64,000 nucleotides of DNA from Podarcis filfolensis (lineage: Eukaryota): NCBI GenBank assembly GCA_964270895.1, contig OZ185447.1; one strand, given 5' to 3'. The notes under the pieces were generated by a model. That model was given only the letters and a program-made list of their open reading frames with translations, had not been told where the DNA came from and searched no databases. Positions within the stretch are counted from its first letter, which is position 1. Every line of letters begins with the position of its first letter. This document shows positions 1-15,111 of this stretch, in pieces. The translations under genes and the position numbers were made by a program.

Positions 1-36
1 AACTGATTTTGTAGAGTACCAGTGCAGTTTGTTCTA

Positions 37-259
37 CAGTGGTACCTCCGGTTACATACGCTTCAGGTTATATACGCTTCAGGTTACAGACTCCACTAAC
101 CCAGAAATAGTGCTTCAGGATAAGAACAGAAATCGGGCTCTGGCAGCGTGGCAACAGCAGGAGGCCCCATTAGCTAAAGTGGTGCTTCAGGTTAAGAACA
201 GTTTCAGGTTAAGTACAGACCTCCGGAACGAATTAAGTACTTAACCCGAGGTACCACTG
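37..259 (+). mobile_element. Tc1/mariner (Tigger-like) MITE
   Basis: TIRs cagtggtacctc...gaggtaccactg with TA on both sides. Confidence 0.85.
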
Positions 260-466
260 TATACCTGTTTTGAATTTGCATGTGAATGCCTGAATAATTT
301 TTAGTCTCATAGAAGAAAGTGTCTTGTCAAGTTTTGCTTTCTGCATAAAATCAAACTGATGAGCTTTTGATACTTAGTTTTTGAATACACCATTTCTCTA
401 CTGCTTAAAATATTTGTTATAAAACATTTTGTTTAATTATCCTTTGCTTGTGTGTGTTTTCTTCAG

Positions 467-493
467 CAGATCATCAGAACAGGAATCACCAAA
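467..493 (+). CDS. PTPN3: PTPN3 micro-exon, 27 nt (24 nt from the alternative acceptor at 470): RSSEQESP(K)
   Basis: ttttcttCAG|CAG|atc acceptor and AAA|gtgagt donor. It ends in phase 2, matching the next exon, and resembles human RSPHQES. Confidence 0.7.
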
Positions 494-3400
494 GTGAGTT
501 TTTCAACAGTGTCACAAATTCCCCTTGTAGCTGAAATTTTAAGATATTCTAATCAAGTTAAATCCCAGAAAACATAATAAGATGTATTATTTGTTCATTC
601 ATAAACTAGTGTTGCTGATTTGTTTCTCTTGAAATAAGTCGTGGTTTATTTTTGGCTTGCTATTGTGGTCTGTTTGATGCTCACACCTCCAAGACAGGAA
701 AGGGAGGGGGGGTGCAATTTCAGCTGGTCCCTGGTAAACCATAGTTTAAGTCTGACTTAGTGTTACATGTGAGCATGTGTGTGTATAAAATATTTTATTA
801 ACATATTAATTTTTGCTGCACCAGAAAAACTTTCTGAGTCTTGAGCTAATATTGCTAGTGAAAATGTGAATATTTATTATGTTCTTCTTGTATCTTAAAG
901 TGTGGGGCTGGAATATAGTGAGCTAAAGTAAATGAAAAAATTGAAATCCTGAAAAAAATCCTACAACTGGCTTGTCAAAAAGAAATCCTTATATTCAGAA
1001 GAAGAAATCATTTTGCATAAAAATTCTTGGCTTACACTAAATAGTGAGGTCTGGCTACTAATGTTTAACTTGTTCTGTTTTTTTAATGAAGGAACATATT
1101 GGAAAATAATTCAACACAGAACGTTTTGTCTCAGACTCTCAATGGAATAGGCAACCTTTCAGGGTCTCATCCTTTGAATGGAAAAGATAAGCAGTCTTTA
1201 GAAACAAATGAAAATGTTTCAAAAGGACTTTTAATGGATGACTCCAATCAGTACTACTTTGATAAGGTATGATAAACAAGTTGAAACTGGCACTTCCTGA
1301 TAAGCTTAAACAGCAGTGTAGGTGAGACAGACAAGCAGCCATTTCTTTCATACATCAATTCCAGTCCTAAGGAACCCATCCCCCATCCTGGTCATTTTGT
1401 AGAAGAGGTGTGTATCTGTACACTAAGCTTTTAAAAATACTTTGTAAATATGTATTGAGAAGTTGGAGGGTTTCTGGATGTGAATTGTATGTTCCATTAC
1501 ACTGTTGGTTGTATTTATACTCTGTTTGTACATTTGTGTTGACTTGTCAATTGCCTTGTTTGCTTGTGGATTATTATTTTTTTAAGAGAGAGGGGCGAAA
1601 TTAGCCTTATCATAGAGTTTCAGCCTTTGGCTAGAAAGCTCCTTTGAAATGGACAAATCTATGTGGAGGGGATGCCCAGTTTGCAAAAATTTCTCATGAT
1701 AGGTATATTGAAGATTATCCAAGTCATCCAACTGAGGTGGTACTTAACATGTTTCACAGATAAAAAGCCTCTTTTCCTTGTCTTCCAGAATGAAGTTATT
1801 GATGGAGACTTGCTTTTGATACGCATTTTGCCAGATGAAGATGGAAAATTTGGATTTAACCTGAAGGTAAAAAGGCACTAGTAAAGCAATATTGATAATT
1901 AAATATAACTTGGGAGTGAGCATTGCAGGGGAACCATTGGGAAATGTTGCTTGTATCTTTTTAAATATGCTTTCCCCAGTTTGTGATAAAGTATTATGCT
2001 GCTGTGCTGTCAAAACACTGATTGGTTTAATGGAGTATTGATAGTTCTTCCTCCCTATCTTCTCCCTGAATAAACCAAATTTTATTGCCCTCAGCTAGTT
2101 ATTAGTGTTGTCATGTGGATGCTAATTATGAAAGAGCTTTGTGCACTAGATATAAATGGGAATGCAAGGGTCTTCAAATTACAAGTGGATATTGGGGGTG
2201 AGCAAATCCCGACAAATCTTGCTATTCTCACCTTTTGGGTAAAATTCTATGCATGTTTTGTTTTGAACAGAAACTTTGAAATTTCCCTCAAGTTTTGCTT
2301 TGTGTGTAAGTCATTATTGACCCTGATTAAGATATTGATTCTCTTTTAGTCAAAGATTTTGCATTGTTTTAACAGTACATTTGCCCCTACACAGTGATTT
2401 GGAATAATGTTATGTGCATATCATTTGTCATCTGCCCAAGCGATGCTAGTAAATTTCCTGGAGTAAAACTATCTTTGCACAGATTGTAAAGAAATTAGAT
2501 CAAATGTAAACATTTGGTCATGAGACCTAGTTCATTACTAAGCATTTTCTAGTAAACCTATTAGAGGATTTTCATTATGTGTTTTTAACAGGTAACCATG
2601 CTGAAACCCCACCCACCCAGAATGCTGTTTTAAAGATTAAATCTTACAGCTGTGTGCAATTTATCGCTATATTGTTCAATGCATCACGATAACTGGTTCA
2701 TTAAATTTGACCTGACAATATATCATTCAAAACACCAGAGGGCAGTATAATTGTGAGCAATTTGAGCAGTCCTGTCCCTGTGCGTGGTTTGTCTCAGCCA
2801 AAGGCAGAGCAGTTTCAGCCTCGGCACCTTGCAATAAGTCTCAGCTGAGGACAGAACAGATTCAGCCCCAGCACCTTGCAATAACTGTGTCCAGCCTTGT
2901 GATAACAGCGGTGTTCCCTCTCCCTGCTCTGGCTGCTTCACAGTGGTTTGTCTCAGCTGAAGACGGAACAGTTTTGACCTCAGCATCTTGTGATAGCTGC
3001 GGAGTTTCCTTTCTCTGTCAGCTGATGCAACATCCAAGACTGCCTGCTGCTTCTCTCCCAAGCCCCATCTCCAACATGCCAGACCTTCATGCCCACCCTA
3101 TATAGTTCTGTGTTTCAGATGTCGTAATATATTGCTATATTGCATTGCTTAGCTGGTGATATATCACAATGTTGAAAATCAGATATCACCCAGCCCTAGT
3201 CTAGAGACTACCGCTTAGTACAGGAACTGTTAGTGTATATCACGATATACACTAGCTATATCTAGCTATATATCTCTTAGCTATATATCGATGTATATCT
3301 AGCTATATATAACTCTTGCCAGTGCTTTTTTCTAGAAAGAAAGGTTCCAGTATTGCCCCCCTCACTGCCACAGCGCCCCGGCCCCACACCCCCTTCCACG

Positions 3401-6400
3401 GTGGGCTGTTACTGTACTTGCACAGGACTCCTCATGCCTAAAGAATGCAGTGAGGTATGCACCACTTTCCTGCTGGAGAGGGGAGTGGAGCACATAGATC
3501 ATCCTGTGGCAGCCATCCACTTTTCCCCACCTCTATTTAGTAGCCACTTACAAGAGATGGGAGGAGAGTGGGAGCAGCCCTCTATTAAGGAGTGAGACTC
3601 TGGGTTTTGAAAAGGCTGCACAGAAATTATGATTTGTTTGCTGCTCTTTCTTCCTTCGGTGGTTTCTTATAATCATGGCAAGAAGCCAGAAGGGGGAAAA
3701 GTGCCAGTACGACATACCAATTTGTATCACCAGAAAAGAAGCAATGGCTCTTGCTATATGTCTTTTCCCAACAACCTTTAGTGAAATGTAGTGTAAAAAT
3801 AAGCTCTTTTCCTACACATTTTCCTACACATGGCTCTGTGTAGAAATTATATACTCTTTCATTTCATTGTAGAATAAAATAGTTCTTTTTTCATACTGAT
3901 AAGATTGACAGTAGGGCACTTATTTGTTTTTATTTATTTTATTCCATTTACCTCCCACCCCCTTCTCCAAGGGAGCTCGAGGTGGTGTACATGGTTCTTC
4001 CCCTCTTCAATGAATTCCTACAACAACCCTGTAAGATAGCTTAGGCTAAGATGAGCCTTATGACCATGTGGAGATTTGAACCCTGGATTTCCAGGTTGTA
4101 GTCCAACACTCTAATCATTATGTCACACAGTGTAAAAGGAGCAGGGAGGAGGAATGAAGAAAATTGCAGGAAGGAAATAGGGTACAAGTCGAGTGTTGGA
4201 AGGAGAAGACGAAAGGAAAGATGAGAAAATACATGTGGGGATGGGAGAAATAATACAAGAGAAAATGATAGTAATTGTCTACCGAACTCTTCCTCCATCT
4301 GCTACCATTTTGCTGACTGATGGATATCTGTAATTTTCAGCTTTCTCAACTAAGCTCTGGTCATAGAAAGATTGCAGACTTCTGTTGTATAGGATACTTG
4401 CTGCTTGCTTGGAATTCTGGTGAAGCTGGTTGGATTTCATGATCCCCTAATATTAACAATTAGGAAGATGTGCTAGATCATACCTTTGGCAGCTTTAGAT
4501 CACAGGGAGAAGAATTTGGACAAGCTTTGTTTTAAGTTAAGCTTATCTGACAGATAAACTTCTGGAATGCCCCATCACAGTTTGAAAACTGTTCTAGATA
4601 AATCATGTATTGCACAGTTGCAATGCCAGCTTATTACATGTCTAATCAATAGAAAACCCCATTGCGTTTAATAGAAGTTTTCCCCAGAGCATAGGATTTC
4701 AGCCTAAGTGTATTAATACTTTAACTATTCAGATGTATTTTAAATGTTTTAAAGATTGCATTGTTTTGTCACTGTTGCTTGCCATCCTGGGGTGCTTTGA
4801 GAGGAGTAGCTGGATATAAATATAATAATTAAAAATATAATAAATAAAAATACTTTGGCACCATGTTTTAGGGGGGCATTGATCAGAAGATACCTCTAGT
4901 TGTGTCCAGAATCATTCCAGGTTCCCCTGTAAGTATAAACTTTTGAACTTCCTTCATTTTTGTATTGTATTTTATCTATAAGCCTCCTTGAGTCCCTATC
5001 AGGGAAAAAGGCAGAGTATAGAAATCTACTACTACTATGACTATAACTGCTGCTGCTAATCGTTAGTAGAATAAGAGAGTGGAAAGAAATCTTGGACATT
5101 ATCTCAATAGAAATGCATAAAATCAGGATGTGGGTCCCTGGATTATTCATTCAGCTTCATTCTCAATCTGAACTGAATAGTGTCAGACATTGCTGATGGG
5201 AAATTGTTCCAAATATATTAAACAAATAAATTTTCCATGGTTTCCTAATGCAGATAATACTTCATCAAGATAAAGAATAGCACTGCTAATTAGAGAGTCA
5301 GTCAAATCCTTCACACTGAAGTTAATATCCAATTTGTTTCTTAGACTGAAAGGTTTGAAAATGGTGACTTCATTTTCTTTTGTCTTATGGCAGTCTGATA
5401 AATGCATTCCAAAATTGCTTGAAGGTGATCAGATAGTATTAATCAATGGCCGGGACATCTCTGAGCACACACATGACCAAGTAGTGATGTTTATAAAAGC
5501 CAGCAGAGAGTCACATACACGTGAGCTTGTACTTCTGATCAGGCGGAAAGGTAAGTATTTATGTGATGTTATTGAAGAGTGGGATTGTGGTGGGATCATG
5601 CTGCTTGGAGCATAACTGAGCAGGATTATTGTCTGTACACTAGAAGCTATTTTATTTTGAGTTTTTCTTTAAATTTCTACAAGGAGTCACTTGAAACATT
5701 GGAATCTCACAGACAGTTAAGTAAAGCTTCTGGGGAGGAAGAGGGTATAGCCTCCCTTCAGCTCTCCACTCCTAGGGCAATTAGTAGTTTGAGCTCCACA
5801 CTCCTTCTGGCATGGAAGGGAAGGAAGTGTTTTGATCCCTCCCTTCCATCTTTGAATTTCAGAACTCTACTGGTCTGGATCCAGGCACCAGAGACTTGAG
5901 ATTCCAAGATACCCCCCCATCATGCCATTATATCAAGATTTTTCTGTAATCATGGTTTGCTGTGACATCCAAATTGGCCTTGTTTGTAGACCCAATCTCT
6001 GCAAACTGATCTCAGCATGGTTTCAAATCAAGGTTTTGAGATAAGTCGCTGGCGTTAAAATTGTTTTCCCCCTCATGAGAGCAATATTTCATCAATTTAC
6101 CAAAGAAAAAAATAGTTGCTGAGACACAGAAAGAGATTGAATTGCATCTCCCTCCCTGCTAATATTCACCTGCCTTAGGATATTTGCTTTGGAACTGTCA
6201 AAGAGCAACAATTAGCAAAGCAGCTTTTACAAATCTGTCCTTTTTCATGTACATTTTCTTTAAAATACCTAGACATTACTGTTTGAAGAATGTTAAAGAT
6301 CTGGATTTGCCTGTGTATTTTTAGTTCTTAGACCATTTGTTGAGAACAAGTTGGAAGATGAAACTGATGGATCTAGTTTTCTGGAAACAATTATTCCCAA

Positions 6401-9148
6401 CTGTTCTGAGTATGGTGAGACTTTAGAAGAATCAATGGAGCAACTAAAGAAAGGACTGGAAAGTGGAACTGTCCTAATTCAGTTTGAAGTAAGCAACCAT
6501 CACAGTGTCAAACCCTTGGTTTGAATGTGTCCCTTCCTAAACAGATGCAAATAAAGCCACTATTCTCTTGGCTACTCTCCTCCTTCTAACTTTCTCTTCT
6601 CTGTGATCGTGTGCTATATTTGTTGACAGCATTGGCCCAGAAATGGAGCACTTGGTGTTCCAGAAGCTAAGGGTTCATTCAGGTGCTGGCCAAAGCAGCA
6701 TTGTAAGTCATGACTTTAAAAACATAAAAGAGCCCTGCTGGATCAGGTCAAAGGCCCACTTAGTCCAGCATTCTATTCTCACAATGACCATGCTTTAACT
6801 ATACTGAAGTGCAAGTTTCTAAAAACATAAAAGCAGAAAAATGTAATGATTTGTTAATAATTGCTGCTTAGATAGGCCTACAAAACCCTTGTGTTTCACC
6901 ACAAAATTAAAAACTAAATGCAGTCTTTTAATTGGCAGTTTTAGAAGTGCAATGTAGATATCATAATGCCCTAATTAGATTTTATTTAACAGTGTATTTA
7001 AATGACACGCAGCTGTCAAAATAGTAAGTTTATCTTCTTACAATTTTTGTTAATCTGTAATCCTGTTAAGAACTGGCATCAAAATTTGAGGGGTATTTAG
7101 TCAGCTTTCCTCTGACTTGATAGGCAACCCAAGGATTAAGAACGCCTTCCTGCCCTGTAACTCTCTTCTGTAAATGCCTAATCCTGCATTGTCATTAACT
7201 TGTTAACACTTTGCAACAAGGCCTCAAAATAAAATAAGCCCCCAACTCACTTGTCATATGATCTGGCCAGAGATATGGAGCAATTACAAGACCACCGCAA
7301 ATTCCAGTGCCAGTCAAGCTGCCATCCACAGGGATTGGTAACTGCCAGTTGTTCATTTGTGGGGAATTATTTTATATTTGTTATAATTCAAGAAAGTCTG
7401 GGCAGTGTGTATGGAGGTCCTGGACTGCCTAGATTCAACTTGATCCTTATTTAATTATTCAGTGAATAGCTTTTATTTTCTTTCAGCAACTTTATAGAAA
7501 AAAGCCAGGATTAGCTATTACTTGTGCAAAGCTACCTCAAAACATGGACAAAAATCGGTACAAAGATGTTCTGCCATGTGAGTATTAAATTATATATTGC
7601 CTTTTATTTCCTTTAATATTTAACTTGTAATATTTAACAGTAATTCCATGCCTATCAGCCTAAAAGTGAATCAGGACTGCCCCGAAATAAGGTGATTTCT
7701 ACATATTCAGGGTAAGCAAAAGTACATTTTAATCATCAGTTCATGCACAGTACCATAATAGTCCCTGAATCTGTGCTCTTTACTATGTGGAGTAAAGAGA
7801 GATTGGTGTCACCTGAGTGCTTGTTGACCATATCCCATCTGCTTCAAACTGCTCCTGTGCTCCACTCAAAGTTTAACAAGAGAGTACTGTAGTTTGAGTC
7901 ATCTGAAGTCCTAAACTAACCGCTATAACTTACCAGAATACTCTGTTTATGTTCTCAGGCTGCTGGTTGCATGAAACGTATCTTACTATATATGGGCTGT
8001 ATAAGCAAGCCAATAACCAATTAATCAAGCCCTTATTGGTAAATTTACCTGGAAACTCTGATATCTTTTATCTCAAGTATCTCTTTGAAGATAAGGAATT
8101 TTAGTCATGGTAAAATTTCTCTCAGAGGTAGTTAGAATTAGAAATCAACATGTCTTGGATAAAACACAGTGACTGTCTAGTAATGTCTTTTCCATATGCC
8201 TGCTGTACTTTGTTTTTGCGGGTCTTTGGACCATAATAAAGAATGTTTGTGTGGTAAGCCTATCTTGAACCAGGGCTTTTTAGAACCATATAGCACAGCA
8301 GGGGATGGAAATCAGAAGGGTTTCAAAAGGAGGAAAGTGTTGTTTCCTCCCTGTTCCCCTTTGACCTGGACCAGATGTTGTTAGGCTACAACTCTCATCA
8401 TTTGCCAGGAGGGACAGCAGTCAAGGATCAGGGAGTGGTTGTCTCAACAACATCTAGGAACTTGATGTTGAGAAAGCCTCCCCTAGACGGTGCTGTGTTT
8501 TGTAGTATTGCTTCAGAAAACCTGATTTGGATTTAGAGGCTGCCTAGTTTTGGGGGAACGAAACTTCATGTCTTCCCGTTCACACTGGCTATAATTCTTT
8601 TTCCCCATTTTTGACAGAATTAGATGGAATTTGCAGGCATAATAGGCCCTCGGGCCGACCCTCCTTTATTCTGCTAAATTCCAGTAGGATAGGTTCAGGA
8701 GGGGTTGTGCTGGGCACATTAAACTTTGATTAATGTTGAAAGACCTACATTGGCTCCCAGTACGTTTCCGAGCACAATTCAAAGTGCTGGTGTTGACCTT
8801 TAAAGCCCTAAACGGCCTCGGCCCAGTATACCTGAAGGAGCGTCTCCACCCCCATCGTTCTGCCCGGATGCTGAGGTCCAGCGCCGAGGGCCTTCTGGCG
8901 GTTCCCTCATTGCGAGAAGCAAAGCTACAGGGAACCAGGCAGAGGGCCTTCTCGGTAGTGGCGCCTGCCCTGTGGAACGCCCTCCCATCGGATGTCAAAG
9001 CGATAAATAACTACCTGACATTCAGAAGACATCTTAAGGCAGCCCTGTTCAGGGAAGTTTTTAATCTGTGATATTTTAGTGTATTTCTATGGAAGCCGCC
9101 CAGAGTGGCTGGGGAAACCCAGCCAGATGGGCGGGGTACAAATAATAA

Positions 9149-9196
<48 letters not shown>

Positions 9197-12100
9197 AGCA
9201 TATAAGTTTTTTAAATTTTTGACTGAATTGAATGAAATTTGTATGTTTGAGAGGATGAACACTGCCAAACGTTTGCAGTTTTGGTGGGGTTAATCTCCCG
9301 TATTCTGTTGCCATCAATTTTATGAACACTGTAAAAATCATAGAAGTGCTCCTAAGAAACCTGTCAGAAGTATAGCTGCAGGAGCTAAGGCGTTAAGATG
9401 AAGGGGTGGGGGATTCACCTTCAGACTTGGCCCTGCTGAGTTAGCACTCAAAGTCACAGAAATGAATTGTAAACTGACTTGACAGGACTGTTTCAAGTAA
9501 GCAGCAGCAGCAGAACTAGCAAAGAACAGAGCAGAAGGTGATATATTACTTTAGCATCACTGCTTCAGAACACTGTGATTCGAGATTCCTGATAAAATCA
9601 TTCCCTCTGATTAGAAGCTATAAAACACTCAGCAAAAAAAAAAAGAGGTCCCCCCCCCCATTCTGACATTTGCTTATATGGCATTCACTTGAGGATAATT
9701 TTTCACTTTTGGCAGACCCACTGCCTGCACTGTTTTCTCACTTCGGAGATTCCTGTTTTTATCTGGGAACCTTTGGAGTGACCCCACTTTGGTTTTGAAA
9801 GCCCCAGATCTTTCTGAAGCAACCACTTCTGCTCAAGATTCAGGATTCATTTGAATCCGGCACATTCCATTCTTTCCTGTCCTATTTGGTCATTGTTCAT
9901 TTACTTAAGTTTTCAAAATACTGTGTTTGCAGACCATATTGTGCAGCTAAATGATTCCTCATCTCTGTGAAAAGTGATACTAATTTATATAACCTAATTA
10001 CTATTTTTTTCTCTTGCTAGATGATATCACTCGAGTAATATTGCAAGGAAATGATGATTACATAAATGCAAATTATGTTAACGTAAGTAACACAGACAGG
10101 TCTTGAAATAATTACAACGAGTTGTTTCCATACTAGTGGACGTATTAAAATTAATGGACAGGACTAACTTAGGTCCATTAATTTCAATGGGTCTACAGAA
10201 CTAAAAGTATCAAAATTATCAATTTCTTGTACATGAATTATCAATTTCTTGTACAATTTCTTGTTCAATTTTGATTTATTGACCTAATCGTGTGGGTTGA
10301 TGTTGTATTTGAGGATGACTAGAAATACTAATAGTTGTTGTTTTTATTTATTATCCACTTGCCTTTGCTAATACTTCAGTAAAATTACTAGTAAGAATCA
10401 ACCTTATTTACAGTTTTCTTTCTTCTCGTAGCTGGAAATTCCTCCTGCAGGCATTGTGAACAAATACATAGCCACTCAAGGGCCTCTTCCACACACCTGT
10501 GTTCATTTCTGGCAAGCAGTTTGGGATCACAGATTATCACTGATTATCATGCTGACAACCCTTACAGAACGAGGCCGGGTAAGTACAGTTTTCCTGATTA
10601 TCAAGCCATTCCTGGGGGTGGAGGTTTGTATGTGAATTGAGATGTGGTTTGCTGGTCTGCTTGGCGCATTGGAACTAGGCCCTCTTTCTTCATTCTTCAG
10701 TGTAACTTAGCAGGTGGACAAGTTGTGGCTTGTGAATTTTTTTAGCATATCAAGGTTGAGGAACTAAGGAGCTATTTTGTTTCCAGCAACTGAAAGGCTA
10801 AAGATGAAAGCTTCATATACTCTGGCCTGCTAGAACATAAGCTAACTCCAGCTGCTGTGGCGGCAGCTGGAGATATTTTGGGGATTGCTTCTGCTAACTC
10901 TTTGGCCTAGACCTGGGCCTTTTGTCATGTCAATTAGTGCATGGTATGTTCTATGTCGATTATTAGCATTGCTTGAGCAACCCTCTAAGATACGTTTCCA
11001 TAGAAGATATAAATGTGACAGAATGAGTTTTTCTTTTGTGTTAGACCAAATGTCATCCTTATTGGCCTGATCCTCCAGACGTTCTTGATTATGGCAACTT
11101 TCGTGTCAAGTGTCGATCTGAAGATTGTACCATTGCTTACGTGTTTAGAGAAATGGTTATTACAAATATTGAAGTAAGTGATTTTTACTTTTTCAGTTTG
11201 CTACAAGAAAAAATACATATTAAAACTTCACACATGGTTATGTACACGTTGTGCTTTTCGTCTGATCTAAATGCTGCTGCGCTTGGTCCATTGGTCAGCC
11301 TTACTGGAATATGTATCTACAAAGATTATTCGAGTCAAAGCTAGCCCTCTGGTTGTTTATTATTATTATTAAGAAGCAACTCAAGTATAAGTGCTTGTGC
11401 TGTTACTTATTTTGTCTTTATTCATTAGTAAAGGCCCATTCAAACAGCTCTTAGCTGTATGTGGTATGAGATTCAATATAGAGCTTGGATGCTTTCTTCG
11501 TCACCAATGCATGTGCATGCTTACATGCGTGAGAATACATATACAAGTTTGCATGTACATGCCAAAACTTAGAACTCCCATTTCTATATGAATAAGTGAT
11601 TGCTAAATGAACACTAAATCTATGTGCAGTACAGTGGTACAGCACTCAATTCCTTATTTTGCTGCACAGAAAAATGAGGAGAGAGAATCCTACACACCTG
11701 AATGGTAATGCAGTGTAATGTAAACAATTGCAAAGTGATAAGCATTGGACCAAAAATCCTAGTTTCACAACTATCACAAACAGATCCTAGTGATGACTGA
11801 GAAGGAATGAAACCTTGCAGTTGTGGTGGATAGCTCAAATGACCCAAGTGTGAAGAGGCTGTGAAAAACATCAATTGTGTTCTAGGGGTAATTTGGAAAA
11901 TAACAAAAAAAAACTGCTAATAGAATAATATTACTATGCAAATCTATGGTGCAACCATATTTGGAATACTGTATCTGGATGACAGTTGTGAGAACAGCAT
12001 GTTGGAGTAGATGGGTCCTTGGCCTGATCCAGCTGGGCTCTTCTTATTACACTTCAAATACAGCATCCTATGATGAATGAACAGTAAATGCAGAAGAACA

Positions 12101-15061
12101 AAGCATAGGAAGCTGCAGGGAAACCACTGGGACCCTTTCTTGTCCCAGTCCATATTGTTTGATGCAGCTTTACCTATCCAGCTGTTGTTTGTTTCAGTTT
12201 GGCTAGGGCCACTGACTTCTAATGAGCTTTGAGTATTCATGCAGACTTTGGCAAAATATAGCCACATGTAGACTTGGCTATGGCGGCATAACTGGTATAT
12301 GGCAAATTTGGTTTGGAGCTGATTGCTCGTTGTTGCATCTTTTTTTTCATTAAACAGACCCTGCCTACATTTTGTGTCTGGTATACTGTTGACAGAGTTG
12401 GCAGAGTTTTTTGCAAAATGGAAGCACCCGCTTTGGACCAAACTATGTATTACATTATATGTGTTACTGTGTTGAACTCACCTGTTTTTTAAAAATGGCT
12501 GCAGAGAGATTAGGTGCATAGAGAGGTGGTTTTAATGTTTCCCTTCTGCTGCAGTCTGCTTCAAACTGCTGACCTCCAAGCTCTTCCGAACACCTAAGCT
12601 GTTATTTAGCTGAAGCATCTTTCTTCCCACCAGGTGGCAGTCCCAGCCATAGAGAGACAAAGTGTCTTGCGAGGGAGTCCCCAGGGAACCCAGTGTGTTA
12701 CAGGTGGCTTTGAGTTAGGATTCTCTGTATGTGACAGTATTTTGCCTTCATAAAAATGGAAATATAAACAATTTGCTATGTTGAATGTATAATTGAGCTT
12801 TTTTGAGAAATAGCTATAGCACAGTTTCACATATTTGATTGGTCTATGGAGTACAGAAAACTTTCAGATGAGAATGTAACTAATTTCTAGTAGGTTTACT
12901 GTACATTGTCAGGGTGTACTGAGAGAGACAACAGAAAATACCATTCCGGAGATGGGGTGGGGTGGGGAAAGAGATNNNNNNNNNNNNNNNNNNNNNNNNN
13001 NNNNNNNNNNNNNNNNNNNNNNNNNNNNNNNNNNNNNNNNNNNNNNNNNNNNNNNNNNNNNNNNNNNNNNNNNNNNNNNNNNNNNNNNNNNNNNNNNNNN
13101 NNNNNNNNNCACAAATCAACAATATTTTTTGTTGAGCTATCTAAATGCAAGACTCTGAACTGACAAATGGTTTGTTTGATATTTTCCCATTACATAATTT
13201 TCAGTTAAGGCTGTTTTTACAGTAATGTCTGTAGCTCTTTATAGTGAAAATGTTAATTTATTTTAGACAGAGGAAGAACACACAGTCACTCATCTCCAGT
13301 ATGTGGCTTGGCCTGACCATGGTGTCCCTGACGATTCCACAGACTTTTTGGAATTTGTGACCTACATGAGATCAAAGAGAGTGGGAAATGCGCCAGTTCT
13401 TGTTCACTGCAGGTGCAGTAAATAATTGTGCATATAACCATTTGGCATAATAGTTTGTGATAGTTCTTGAGTCTGTTTTATGAATATTGAATGTGTTATA
13501 GCTGATAGTGAATCAAAACTGCTCTTGCTGCTTCAGGCTGCTTAGGGACTGTTCAAATGTATTTGAAGTGCTTATTGCTTTCAGTGGACTTTCCTGAAAG
13601 ACAGAAAACATAGCTTAAATGTGACTGGTTGTAAATGCAACTTGGTTGCGTGATTTTATGTGGGGTGGGGTTTATTGTTCTTTTCTTTTTTAAAAATAGA
13701 ACTCATAGGAATCCCACTGGATCAGATAAAGGGTCTTTCTCATTCAGCATCTGTTTCCTAGTGGTGGCCCACAAACCAGGCATGAAGACGTAACTCAGTA
13801 GCTAGCACTCAATGGCATATTATCTCTAAACCTGAAGATTCCATGTAATCACCATGTCTAGTAGTCATTCAAAGACTTATTAATTTATTCCTCTCTCATA
13901 TTACAACTTGGGGTCATGCAATGAAACAGATTGGCAGAATATTCAGGGCAGACAAAAGGAGGTACTTCTTCACCTGGCAATTAGTTGATTCATAGAATTC
14001 TGTGCCATAAGATGTGATGATGGCCACTAGCTTAACTAGCTTTAAGAGTAGAGTAGAAAAATTCAAAGAAGATAATGTACCAGTAATGTAGCTATATTAT
14101 GAAGTTAAAAGTGGTGGTAACCCAGAAGGAAAAGTGACAGTTCCACTCTATTCTGTGCTGTTTAGACCACATGTGGAGTACTGTGACCAATTTGGGGCAC
14201 CACACTTTAAGATGGGCATCAACAAACAGTACTGTGTCTGGAGGAAGGTGACGGCGCTGGCAAGAAGTCTGAAAACTAAGTCCTATAATTAATAGTTGAA
14301 AGAGCTGGATATGTTTAGCCTGGATAAGAGAAGATGGAGGAGGGACATGATATCTGAGGGGTTGTTATGCAGAAGATGGAGCAAACTGTTCCAGAAGACA
14401 GGCCTAGAACCTATGAATGGAAAGTGCTGGGAAGCATATTTGGCTGAATGTTAGGAGAAACTTACTAACTATAAGAGCTATCCAACAGTAGAACAGTCTG
14501 CTTGCCTAATAGGTGGCCTTTGCTTTGCTTGGAGATGTTGGCAGAGGTTGGACTGCCATCTGTCATCCTCCATTTTAGGAGGCTGGACTAGATTACCTGC
14601 ATGGTTCCGGGCAACTCTGATTCTATGGAACCTCCAGTTTCAGAGGCCACTGAATACCAAGTGCATTATTGCCTTGATGTCCCTCATGTGGGCTTCTCAG
14701 AGGTATCTGGTGGGCCTCTGTGAGAAATAGTATGCTGGACTATATTGACCCTTGCTCTGATACAGCAGGGCTGCTCTTCTGTGTGGCAGCACACAATTCC
14801 TCATTGTGCACTCATAGACATCTCATTTGCAAGATGCACAATCTCTTCTATGGTTGCATAGAATGGCACACTCCATAGAGCACATTCTTGCTTTTCTAAA
14901 CCATGCTTAAATATATATGCCAATATGATTTTAATCATGGTTGTCTAAGTTTGCTGTTTATAATTATTTGAAACCAGGATTTGAAGCTGGCTGGAATTTC
15001 TGGTTAAGCAGTGTACCTGATTATTTTTTAACTATCATTGATTTCGATGCCAGTGTATCCT

Positions 15062-15111
<50 letters not shown>

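Noticed and set aside
12880-13163. ORFs containing X runs
   Set aside because: Artifacts of the N gap.
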